DNA of 64,000 bases from Paramecium tetraurelia (taxonomy: Eukaryota): positions 124,001 to 188,000 of the forward strand of contig CT867997.1 in assembly GCA_000165425.1 (NCBI GenBank), given 5' to 3'. Of this stretch, positions 1 through 12,409 are shown piece by piece. The notes under the pieces are model-generated. The model was given only the letters and a program-made list of their open reading frames with translations, had not been told where the DNA came from and made no database searches. Position 1 is the stretch's first letter, and each line of letters starts with the position of its first letter. The position numbers and the translations under genes are program-made.

Positions 1-53
1 TTTCTATCATCATTTACTTAGCGTAGCTCTTATAATTCTCTCAAAGTGAGCAT
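1..53 (-). CDS. 5' end of a gene running off the window (MLTLRELQELRQVNDDR...)
   Basis: ATG at 53-51 after an AT-rich spacer; open to the window edge in code 6. Confidence 0.5.
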
Positions 54-104
54 ATATTTATATGGTTGAATAAAATTAAATAAATTTATTAGTGTTTTAA
101 TTAT

Positions 105-1601
105 TCAAAGAATATAACTATGTTTTGTTTTACTTTTTGCTTCTTCTTAGATATTCTTTTTGGATTGCAATTATCTAAACAATCTACTTTACAAATTAAT
201 TGACATGTTTAATTTAATGTTATGATTGTTATTAAAATATGAAGTACTTTGATTATTGCTATTCTGATTACTGAATCCAGAATAGTTCTCATCACCTCTT
301 GTTTACATTTGCTAACTAAATGATAGAATATCAATTTTACCTTAATCTAGGTCTATTATTATTATGAGAACTATCTTCAATTCTATCGACTGAATTACTA
401 ATGGTATATCTGAATTCTTTCAGTTCCTCTTTTATTTAGTTAACTTAAAATGCCACAATCAGTAAGGTTATATTATCACTACTCTTTTTATAGATAGCTT
501 CCTTTAATACGGAATCGACAGATTAACTTAAAAGAGAATGCAAATTTAATTTATCATTATTTCTTAAATCTTACCATATAATATCAATTACTTCCTCTGA
601 ACTCAATTTATCAAAAATGCCATCACCTAAATGATAATTTGATATATCTTACATCCCAAAGCAACAAAGTCATGCTCCGAGTTTAATTTAAGGATTTTTA
701 TTTCAGGTTCTGATATAACAACTCTTGAATTACCTCCGAACTACTCCAATTTAGCTTCAATATCCCCAAAAGTACGAGACACTGATAACCTCCCTGGCAT
801 AACTCTTATTGGTCCAATTATTTATTCTCCATCTTCATTCACTCCATGGGTTTGATATATCTTTCCCCCTCCTTTTTATATCCTCTCTATTTCAGTCTCT
901 GGTTTGTGATCAATAGATAAATTCGTTACTTTTTTCCCCTTCTATGAACTCATTACAGCTCTACTGTCTCCCACATTTGCCACATAACAGACTTCTCCAA
1001 CTACCAAACAAACTATTGCACAAGATCCACTTCTCTCAGGTATACCTTTTTAAAAGGAATTCAAAGCATAAGCCAAAAAGTGAGTCTCAGCTGCTTCAAA
1101 TCCTTTTTTAATGGCAGCAACTGGATTCCAAGGAAATTCAGATTCTTTTATAACAAATTGATGTAAGTTGTCTCTCAAAAAATCAGCACAAGTAGACCCT
1201 CCGTGACCATCATAGACTCCAAAAAATGAACATTTTGGCCAATTTTCACTTGCTCGATCTGATGGTTTCACTATATTCAAAATTATTGAAACTCTATCTT
1301 CATTGTAATCTCTAATTAATCCTTAATTTGTATTTGCAGCATAAGCCTTAATTATGCCATTTCTACCAGATGAACATTTCGATGGTTCATAGTTTGGTAA
1401 AATAGTACATTTTCTAACTGATTGATCCACCAAACTTGAGAAATTTTATTCAATGGTTTTTCTTCTTGCTTGTTTTTCCATCGGAGATACATCTTATTTT
1501 TCTTAAATTTTAGCCTGGAATTCAAAAGGCCTCTTGGGATTTGTATCTTTCCTTAAATATTTATTCAAAAATGATGGAGTATCTCTGTTCTTTTAATTCA
1601 T
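105..1601 (-). CDS. Protein phosphatase 2C (PPM family)
   Basis: Motifs QGLIRDYNEDR, FFGVYDGHGG, ANVGDSRA, DHKP, LSVSRTFGD, GCDGIFD, DNIT; 26-nt intron 627-652. The 3' end is approximate. Confidence 0.95.
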
Positions 1602-2268
1602 TAGTTGTGAAAAAATTTGAATTTATATTTTACAATTATATCATCAACGGATATTAAGCAATCAATTTTACAAAATTAAGCAGCATAGATACTTAAATAT
1701 TACTTCATTGCTTCATTTCAATACTCCTTTCTTTAATATCATGAACCAAGTTAATAAAATTAAATTAGGAAATAAATATAAAAATGAGAATGTAAAGTGG
1801 AAGAAATGGATTAAATGACAAAAAATAATCGTAATAAAAAGACTTAAACTTAGAAGACAAAGAAGATCAATTAAAATAACAAAAGAAAAGCTCAAAAGTT
1901 ATTCAAAATGCTTTATAGAATGAAAAATAAGACAAATGAATTTTTATTTATTACACAACTTTGAAGCTTAATATCAATTTTTAAAGAAAGCCATTATGAA
2001 TTGTTTCTTATAAAGCTTTTAATATTTTTATTTTAATAATATCTGTTTATCGTAATTTAAGATGCTAAAATTACTCCAATTTTATGATTTTTCTTAGAAG
2101 TTGTTTTATAATTAATAATAATAATTTTCAAAAGAGGAATTTTCAAATAAAATATGTCATTTATAAAGAGGACCTAAACTAAATAGATGAGGTTATCATA
2201 ATAAAGATATTAATGAATTAAAATAATTAGAAAAAAATTGAATATTTATTTTTAGAATGTACTTATTT

Positions 2269-3408
2269 TCATTTAGATTATTTTGTTGTAGTCGTTGTAG
2301 TAATTACTTAGCTACCCTAATAATTTAGATATTTATTAAATATACTTTAGTTCCAGCTCCTCCTTATTTTTTAATATGATCTAATTCAGCTTCAGTTAAC
2401 ATTAATTTTTCCTATTAATCATGAAATTGAGCATTTAATGCTAAAAATTTATCCTTCCAACTCTTCAATTCCTTTCTAATAGTTTCTACTCTTTATTCAA
2501 TGATCTCCTCCTATTCATCCTACATTCCATCTAATTCATTATTGAGTTCTTCAATTTAATTTTCTAAATCCTTAATCTTTTCATCCTTCTCATTGACTTA
2601 ATCCTTAAAGAAGTTCAATTAGGATAATAGTTATGAATTCTCTTATCTATATCTTTCAACTTATAAAATTGATTCCTGTAATTAACGTTCTAATTCTGAG
2701 ATTCTTTATTAATAAAGCTTCAATTATTCAGAGTCATCATTTGCTATTAAATTAATGATTCACTTATACCAACAGGCACTTGAGAAGCAAGTAAGGCCTT
2801 CAGTCTTTGGATTTCTTTATCTTGTTATTCAATTTTCTTTTTTAACTCAGCAGTATTATCAGTACAAACATGATTTTTCAATTATTCTTAAATATTATTT
2901 TAGATATTACATTTCAATTGTTCTAATTCGCTAAGGTTGTCATTGTACTTTTATAACAAGTCTTCATAATCTTCCTTTGTTTTATACAATTCCAATTATA
3001 GCTATTATATCTATTTTTCCAATTCGTCAGTATCTGCACCTGCTCGCAATTCAAGGACAGGTTCTAGAAATAACATTTAAATTCACCTGGAGCTTAAACC
3101 ACTGGTTATGGTTTCTGCTTTTATAGTTCTCTTAATTGTTTCTCGAGGTCTTCAACCTTTTTTCTCCAAATATCATCATACTATTCCAAATCGACGACAT
3201 GAATTGGTCTTTACTTTAATTACAATTAATGAAAATTAATACTCTCACAATTTATGGCTAAGGTTATTGAACTTGGATGAGAGATTAATACATAGGTGTA
3301 GTTGAAACAAGAGGAACCGATTAAACTGAATAGTTTCTAAACATTAACTTTATATTACAAGGGTACTAATGTAGTTGGTGATATTTAAATGAATCCAGAA
3401 TGTCTCAT
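2269..3408 (-). CDS. Coiled-coil protein with P/V/Q-rich N-terminus, possibly cortical or cytoskeletal
   Basis: MRHSGFIQISPTT...PIHVVDLEQYDDIWRKKVEDLEKQLRELQ, long E/K/Q heptads, several tiny introns, ends ITTTTTTKQSK*. Confidence 0.8.
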
Positions 3409-3631
3409 AAAGGATGTAGTATTTTAGAAATAAATTATATTAATAAATTATTAATTTAATTAATAGTGATTATAAGTAAAAATGATATACATTTTTGTAA
3501 CTAAGATTGTTTCATTATTAATTTTGAGTAAGGGACACAATTATCATAAGGTTTCGGAAGAAATTGACAAATTAGACTACTTTGGTATGAATTTAATTTA
3601 TTAATCAAAAATTATAATTATTAATTTATTA

Positions 3632-4274
3632 ATGGAAGCTGACATATTCAAAGAAATGTTTCCACAAGTTGAGATGAAAAGATTTTTGGAGAAAAATGTT
3701 AGGATAGATGGGAGATTATTTAATTAACCAAGATAGAATTTAAAGAAGGATTTACTAATTATTAATTGTATTTAATGAGATTAAGAATTATCAATTATTA
3801 TGGATAATTAGAAGGATTTGAATAATATTGATGAAACAAGAATAGAAAAGCATTATCTGGACATAAATTCAAGATATTGCGATTCAAATTGTAGATCCTC
3901 AAAGATTGAGAAATCAAAATAGTCAAGTTTCATCAATTGAATTCTTTATCAGAGTAGCAGGGGCTTATGGTTCATTATTATCCCATCTCATTAATTGTGT
4001 TTCCTTTTCCTTAGAATAAAGTAAATTTTAAGTAATTAAAGTATTAGTTAAACAAATTTAAACTAAAATATCAATAATTAATAAGGAAATAAAATATTCA
4101 ACCTTTGGTATGTTGGAAGATAAAATTCTTGTGGATCCATCAGATTTTGAGGAAAAGAATAGTTCAGTTCTCACTGTAATTTCTTTCTTAAATGATGAGT
4201 AAGTTATTTTTAAGAAGTATGATGGTAAACCGCTGAATTATAATTAAATATAATAAATAATTTAATCGTTCTGA
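3632..4274 (+). CDS. RRP43: Divergent exosome RNase PH-like subunit (Rrp43/EXOSC8-like)
   Basis: FKEMFPQVEMKRFLEKNVRIDGR N-terminus and TFGMLEDKILVDPSDFEE match the RNase PH fold of Rrp42/43/45; the N-terminus is most like Rrp43. Confidence 0.65.
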
Positions 4275-4394
4275 TTAAATCAAGATATTTTTACAAATAA
4301 AACGTATAAAATTAAATAATGAAATCATGAATTAAAATAGTAAGTTTGATTAATCCTATATTTATATATATATATTATATTTAAAGAAACTAAG

Positions 4395-5168
4395 ATGGGA
4401 AATGAATGTAAAACTTGTACATAGGATGCTCGATAGATAAGCATCCCTACTTAATAAAACATTATTACTTAATCTCATTAATATAGTTTTGGAATGAACT
4501 GCATAGACAATGATGTCAATTTTGAGTTCTCTAGTGTCGATATTTCCACTGTCCCATAATTTGGTTTTGAATAACAAAAACTAAAAGCTGATCTATTTCC
4601 TCCTTAAGCCTTAAGAGCTGCATCAGAAGATTCAATTACGTCTCTGTTAGATCAAGAAGAAACAATTGAATAATAAATCAAGGAAGATATTCGCATTACT
4701 AAACAAATCAAGAGATTTCAAAGTCAAGAGGAATATTACAACACTCAGTAATCGATTAGAATGAGATACATCGATGGAAGTTATTTGACAGCCTCGTCAG
4801 AAGCATAACTCCAATAATAGTAATAATCACAAAGATCTATCCAGAAATAAAGATAACTAATATGGGATTGTAGAACAGTGAATAAGGAATTAAAATAAAA
4901 GAAAAAAGAGTCCTCAAACTAAAAGACAAACCCAAACTCAAAGACTATTTTATTACAATCAGATTAATAGGGACTTAGTGAAAAAGAAAAGCCAAAAAGA
5001 AAAACCCATACTTCTCATTAACTTAATTAAGCAAGAGAGGATGATAATCAAATAAAACCAAATGAAAAACGAAAATTTCATCCCAAAATTAAAAAAGATG
5101 AATTTGTTTAATACAAGATAAATTATCAGTCGCAATCACAACGCAGTGATTTTCTTAAATATGATTGA
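4395..5168 (+). CDS. Uncharacterised low-complexity protein with N-terminal MGNECKTC (candidate acylation)
   Basis: Intronless code-6 ORF ending FLKYD*. Confidence 0.75.
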
Positions 5169-5582
5169 TCATCTTTTTTACCCTAAATTAATTTAAACAT
5201 ATCTGAGGTTTATAATATTTTTTTTCTTAAATTCTAATTTTAGTACTGTGCTGAACATTCGACAAGGAATTGCATCAAAACTGTATATAAAACGAGTTTT
5301 TGTTTGGAAATCATAATTTTATTTATCCCATCAGTAGAAACCCAGAATTTTGAAAATAGAAAATTTTAATTTTACTTAAAGGGAAACATTTTTATTTGTT
5401 AAATTTTATAATTGGTAATTATTTTAATTACATGAAGAAATGTCAACCTATAGAGGATAGGTATGGAATTTGAAGAATTTAAAAAGTATCTTGAGGAGAA
5501 TATGTTTTATTTTTTAAATATTTTGTCATATATATTATTTTTGAGAGTGATTTGATTAATTATTTTTAATTTTTTATAAATA

Positions 5583-7007
5583 ATGCAACAATAGGAAAAA
5601 TAATAGTAATCCAGCGATGAAGAAATAGAAGTTTAAGATCAAGGATAATAATAATAATAACAATAATAATAACAATAACAATAATAATAATAACTTACTG
5701 TTGTTCAAAAGCAAACTCAATACAATTAGTAATTATTGGATAAATTAAATAAACCACATTAATTTTGGGAGACACAACCTATGCCCAATATTAATGAATT
5801 GGACTCCTTAAAGCCTGGTCCAATTCAAGAGGGAATTTTAGCAGATGTTAGAAAAGACCCATTTAATTTGATTTCTAAATTTGAATGGTGTAATGTTGAT
5901 TTGAGAAATGATGAACAAGCTCAACAAGTACTTATTCATTTAATTTAGGTCTATACATTATTGAAGGAAAACTACGTTGAAGATGATGATAATATGTTTA
6001 GATTCGATTATTCAATTGATTTTTTGAGATGGGCATTATTGCCACCAGGATAACACCCTGATTGGATTGTGGGAGTTAAGGTCAACTAAAAGTTGGTTGG
6101 ATTTATCACAGGAATTCCTGTCACATTACATATAGAAAATTAGTAAACAAAAGTAAAGATGACAGAAATCAACTTCTTATGTGTTCACAAAAAAATTAGA
6201 GCAAATAGATTGGCTCCAGTTTTGATCAAAGAAATTACAAGAAGAGTTCATATCAAAAACATGTGGCAAGCAGTCTACACAGCTGGAATAGTTGTTCCCA
6301 CTCCAATTTCTTAAACAAGATACTATCACAGAAGTTTGAATGCCAAGAAATTAATTGAAGTTGGATTTTCATCTCTTTCTGCAAGACAAACAATTGCAAG
6401 ATAATAAAAACTCTACAAATTGCCTGAAGAGCCAAAAACCTAAGGGTTGAGAGCTATGAAAAAAAAAGATGTAGCTTAGGTTACAAAATTATTAAATGAA
6501 TATTTGAAGTAATTTAAATCTTTTTATTTTAGATAATTCAAATTGTATTTTAAATATACTGAAGATGAAGTCAAGCATTGGTTTTTACCAAGAAAGGATG
6601 TAATAAGCACATACGTTGTTGAGAAAGAACAAGGAGTGGTTACTGATTTCTTATCTTTTTATAATCTTCCAAGTTAAGTGATTAAAAATCCAAAACACAC
6701 ACATTTAAGAGTAAGCTATCATTTAAATATCATTAAAGGCAGCCTACTCTTATTATAATGTGGCTACTTAAACTCCAATTGTGTAATTAATGTATGATGC
6801 ATTGATCCTAGCAAAAAATGAAGGTTATGATGTATTCAATGCTTTGGATATTATGGAAAATGAAAAGTTTTTGAAAGTATCTGTTTTTGATAATTTTAGG
6901 AATTAATGTTCTGTCCAGGTGATGGGTAATTGAATTATTATCTTTACAATTGGAAATTGGAGAGTAATATGCTTAAACCAGAAGAAATAGGAATTGTTCT
7001 TGTATGA
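5583..7007 (+). CDS. NMT: Glycylpeptide N-myristoyltransferase
   Basis: [77 protein letters not shown]; 4 tiny introns. Confidence 0.98.
5646..5693 (+). repeat. (TAA/CAA)16 poly-Gln tract in the NMT N-terminus
   Basis: In-frame mixed TAA/CAA run. Confidence 0.9.
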
Positions 7008-7037
7008 GTATTAAATAATATACAAATATAAAATTCA

Positions 7038-7746
7038 ATGTCTGATACATATAGAACTGATATAGAAAGAATTTAGAGACTGATCTAATAATTACGATCT
7101 GACATACAGAAAAGGGAATAAAAGATTAATGCCAACCAACCAGTTGGAATGATTGATGGAGAAATTAGAGGAGGCATATCTAAGCTAGGTATCTGGATTT
7201 AATTATAAATTAAAAGAAAGGGAAATAGAATTGTTGAAATCTCTTATCGAGAGGCAAAACTAAAATTAAGAAATATTGTAGAAAGAAGGAGAGACAAGAA
7301 AAAATAAATTATTAGAATTGTAGAATGTTGCTACGGAATTGAAACAAACTTTTGACAAGTCTTTGAGATCCTAATAGGATTAATTATTTAATAATAGGTC
7401 TAATGGGGGTAAGCAATATAAGGACACAGAGACATTATAACAAATGGATAACAAATAATTGTATTCAAATTAGAAACAATTACAAAAAGAGTAAGATCAG
7501 AAACTTGATGTATGCATAGATTAATTGGATACTCTCAAAGCGTAAGGTAAAAACATTGGGAATACTGTGGACGAATAAAATAGATTGCTTGAATAGATTG
7601 ACAAGGATATGGACAAAACAAATAAGGAAATGATTAATGTAAATGGAAAATTGAAAAAGTTTCTAAATTCATCATCCTACTGTTGCCTATATCTATTTAT
7701 AGCATTTGAATTAGTTGGATTAGTAATGATTATTCTTTTTGTATGA
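7038..7746 (+). CDS. Qc-SNARE (syntaxin-8/6-like), tail-anchored
   Basis: SNARE motif EQDQKLD...IGNTVDEQNRLLEQIDKDMD; C-terminal TM CLYLFIAFELVGLVMIILFV*. Confidence 0.88.
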
Positions 7747-7930
7747 ATATATATTCAAATCATTTCATTGTTAAGATAGATTGATTGATTGATGAAAATC
7801 ACAAAATTATCGAAATAATTAAAAAAGAACATTTTCAGATTGATTGTTTTTATATTGAATTAATAATCGGATAAGTTTCTAGTGAATTAACTTATACTTT
7901 TAATATTTTATTAAAAAATCGTTTTTGCAA

Positions 7931-9243
7931 ATGATTAAGTCCACCTTATTCTTATGTTTAATCATTTTCTTGTCGGATGCAGTTAATATGTAAATTTGAG
8001 TTGTTGATTATAAGCCAAAATGAGTAGAAATTCTTAGAACCAGAAAAAAAGAAGGTAATTCATATTCAATTACAAGAAAGAGAAACTAAAGTTTAAGACA
8101 AATAAAACTTTTATAAACTAATTGCTATAAATCAAGATAAACTAAGTGATTCCTCCTTTGCTTAAACTTAGCAATCAGGTCCTCAATATATGAGAATGCA
8201 TAATTACAAAAACATCCAATATACAGCTGATTTAGGAATAGGATAACCTGGAAATACATTTAAAGTTGTCTTAGATACAGGGAGTGCCAATTTATGGATA
8301 GATTCAACAAGATGCTAAGAGGAAGGCTGCATGAGACATAAGCAATATAATCACGAGGATAGTCAATCGTTTTTGCCTTTAAATTAAGAATTGAGCGTTG
8401 AATTTGGAAGTGGTGATTTGAAAGGAGTTGTGAATGCTGATACTGTTTATTTTGGAGATGTTACATTACCAAGATAAAATTTGGCAGAGATTACAAGTGA
8501 AAATGGAGCAATCTTTAGAGATCTTGATTTTGATGGTATTCTTGGTTTAGCCTATCCAAAAATGGCACCAAAGAATTTCAATCCAGTTTTTGATAATCTT
8601 ATGGATTAGAGAGTCTTAGAGAGAAACTAATTTTCATTCTATTTTGCCAAAGATGCAAACGATATTGCTCATAGTGAATTTACTTTGGGAGGTTATAACC
8701 CAGCTCATGTAGATGGAGACATTCATTATCACGATGTTATTGATAAATATTATTGGATGATTAAAGCTGATAATATTTTGGTAGATAACAAGGATATTGG
8801 TTTGTGTAATGGATCATGTAGACTTATTGTTGATACTGGTACATCAATCATGAGTGGACCCTTTGATGATTTAGGTACTTTGTTGAGAACCTTAAATGTT
8901 AAGTCTCATTGTCATGAAATCAATACTTTACCCACGATTACATTTAAGATTGACGATGTTGATTATACATTGGATCCTGAAGAATACGTTAAACCTACTA
9001 ATTTTGATGCTGCCTAATTGACAGAAGTTAATGAAGGGGATGACTTATGTAATTTCTAGATTAATCTTTATAGAGGCTCTAATTGAAGTCAATAATTGGG
9101 ATTGCATAGCAGCATTTATGCCTTTAGATATTCAATAACCTCAAGGACCGGCTTGGATTTTAGGGGACATATTCCTTAGGAAATATTACAGTATTTATGA
9201 TAGAGACAATAATTAAGTTGGTTTTGCAAAAGCTAAAAAATGA
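7931..9243 (+). CDS. Secreted pepsin-family (A1) aspartic protease, cathepsin D/E-like
   Basis: Signal peptide; DTGSANLW and DTGTSIM catalytic motifs; FDGILGLAYP; WILGDIFLRKYYSIYD. Confidence 0.97.
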
Positions 9244-9299
9244 TCTATAATTACATTCAATTAAAATTTGTTTAGAAAATTCTAAGCATTAATATCCAA

Positions 9300-11729
9300 A
9301 TGAGTAGTCCAGTCACAAACCCATTGTTTGAGTTTCAATGGTTGAGGAACAAAAACACCTACAAATATCGAACAGTTTGCCAAGAACTATAGGCTTAGTT
9401 AGATCCATCTTAGCTAATAAAATATGCAACAAGTATATTAAAGCGGGATCCTTCTGATAGATTTGAAGAGGAATTACTATTGATTGTGAAGGCAACTGAG
9501 AATTTACAATTTTTCAAGGAAATGAATTCCAAACAAAAAAATATTGACAATAGACTCCACACTTAATGTTGTTAGAAGATGACATACAAATCATTTTAAT
9601 AAGGTGAAACAGTGTTTAAGTAGGGTGAAAAAGGCGAAAATGCTTTTATAATTTTGAGTGGGAGTGTTAACATATATTCATAATTGGATCAATATGTAGT
9701 TAATGATTTATCGTACAAAAGTAGAAAAAAGTATGAAAATTGTACATAATAATAAAAAAGAACTCACCCCATTTCTGTTATTAATTAAGCGAAAAGGGAG
9801 AAAATGAAAAATCGGTTTACAACTTCAGTTGGGATGATGAAGAAACTCAAAAGACAAAATTCAAAATAAGTAGAAGATGAGCAGTTTCATTCAATAAAAT
9901 TACTGTAAACGTAACATATCATTGAAGAAGTCAAGATTGAAGAGGAGAAGGATAAGAAGATCTTAGAAATTCAATATTAAATGGGATTAGAGATGACAGC
10001 TGGAATTCCGCCGGCAAAATTAGACATTGATTATTTTTTTATTGATGGAGTATTTAAACATAAGTTCGTCATTGAATTAATGGAAGGATAGATGTTTGGA
10101 GAATTGGCTCTTATTTGGAATCAACCAAGATCTGCTACTGTAGTTGCAAAATCTAATTTGGAATTGGCTGTCCTAACTTCATAAGATTATAAGTCATTAT
10201 TGAAAGATGCAGAACTTAACAAAATTGAATAACGAATTAAGTTTTTTTAGAACTACTTTTTTAGAGAGTGTCCACGATTTGTAACATTAAGATATTGTTA
10301 CAACTTTAAAAAGATAGAACTAAGGAAAGGCAATTATTTAATAAGAAAGGGTGACAAAGTGACTTAAATTTATCTAATTAAAAAAGGAGAATTGGAAGTA
10401 GTACATGAGTAAGAGATAGTCAATTAAGTGTCAGAAGAGTAATAGTCTGAATTGGCATCGTCCGAATAGCAATTATTACTTGCCATTAAATAGACTTAAA
10501 TGAAACCACTTAAGAAAATGATTTAGTAAAGAAGAGTCATTATATTGAGTGAGGGTGAGATTATTAGTGATGTTGAAATTATGCTTAAAATACCAGTATC
10601 TTAATAAACTATTATAGTGAAAAGCGAAAAAGCCAAAATTTATGGATTATAAATGAGCCATTTTAATAGAATACTAAGTGATCAAACTACCTTAAAGAAA
10701 TATTTTTATGATTAAGCTAACATGAAATATTAACATAACTAAAATTTAATTAAATAGGTTGATAAATTTCATTAATCCTAGTATGAAAAAGTTAAATTAA
10801 ATTAACAGCTTTATTTGCTTAAATTAAAAAATGAAAGTGACAAATAATAACCATCTAATTTGAATAATATCATTGAAGAATCAGAAGAATCTTAAATTGG
10901 AATATCAAAATAAAAAAATATGTCCGTTCATGATTATGTACAAGAATATCCTATAAAAATAGACAAACCTCTACTTCATCTAAAGTAAAGTAGTGCATTT
11001 CCCTCTCTTAAACTCAACTTATCGAATAGTCCATTAATTGGATCAATGACCAGTAGGATTGACTCTAAAACTAAAGACATTGAAGAAGATTATGAACTTT
11101 AAGTAGCCAGTTTGAAAGGAGTATTAAATAAGATCAAATTTTAAGTAAATCATAAATCCTCACAAAAAATCTTAAGATAAAAAAAGGCTAGTGAATAAGA
11201 TTTTAGAAAGTAGGTCTAAATAATGTAATAAAACAATGACTAAATTAAAAAGTATGATCGGAGATATGTAGATTTAGTTCCTGAAAACGAAAAGATTAAA
11301 ATAAAAAGATAACATGAAGCCACTGAAATGATTCGTCAAGAAATGGGTTCATAATCTTAACATCTCAAAAAGTTTATTGAATTCTAATTAATGAAAACAG
11401 AAATGAGTTAAAGAATATCTAAATCAATTGAGTAGTCTGAAAGAATTATTGGTAATAACACTCCAATTTCAAAAGGTCAATTTTTTACTTACTTCTCAAA
11501 TTCCTGCAAATAGACTGACAATCGAATACTTACTGAATCTATTTAATCCCCTTCCCCTATTACTTAATCTGAATAAAAAACTCAAAATTTTTCAACATCT
11601 ATTGTTGTACCTAAGCAACCTTAGTAATAAAAACCAGTCTTCATTAAGAGTGAACATAATTTATTTAGAATGAAACCTCAATCTCGTTTACTGCAAGCAA
11701 GATACTCGAATCATAGTGTAGGTAATTGA
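9300..11729 (+). CDS. Cyclic-nucleotide-binding domain protein (two cNMP-like domains plus Q-rich tail)
   Basis: VFKQGEKGENAFIILSGSV...FGELALIWNQPRSATV; second domain IRKGDKVTQIYLIKKGELEV. Confidence 0.9.
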
Positions 11730-12409
11730 CAATTGAATATTAATATAAAGTATTTACTAACCTTTAATATATATTTATTAAATGAACATTACTTGTATAT
11801 TAATAAATATAAATCTTTTAGGATGATCTTCAAATTCCCTAATCAAGATTCTAATTTAAATGATGTATACTTTTCTTCTGAATTCTCTTTACCTTTAAGT
11901 TCATTTTAAAATATATACTTTAAATTTTAATTTATATCACAGTTTTCATTCTTCTTATGGAAAACTCAAATGCTTCTCATTCAAATTAAGAGAGTATAAA
12001 ACGATAAAGGCTATTCAAAAATCTAATTATAGAATAGGAATTATTCAATATAAGATGAATGAAATTTATTTTAATCATAAGGATAGGATAATCGATTAAT
12101 TTAATCTAAAATTATGAATTTGACTAGGTTTAATGTTATATTGGATGCTAATTTGCTTAGGAAATACTAATTAAATGTAAAATTCAATATTAGTACAAAT
12201 AATTCAATTGTCTAATAGATTGACATTAATATAATTATTGTAAAAATCAATCATTTGCCAATTATAGTGTAATATTAATGACCTCACAATGGTGTAAAAA
12301 ACACTCTTTTAGAAAATTAGATTATTTTATATTGTAAATTTATCGAGATAATAGATTAATTTAATTAATCATAATTAATTGAGTTAATAATAAAATTAAT
12401 AAATATTCA

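Noticed and set aside
1783..1939. Short ORF MRMQSGRNGLNDKKQ...
   Set aside because: About 50 aa of low complexity with no supporting motif; gene and remnant cannot be distinguished.
4395..7007. NMT next to a Gly2 protein as a functional cluster
   Set aside because: MG-x-C starts occur four times across this window, and ciliate genes are not known to form operons.
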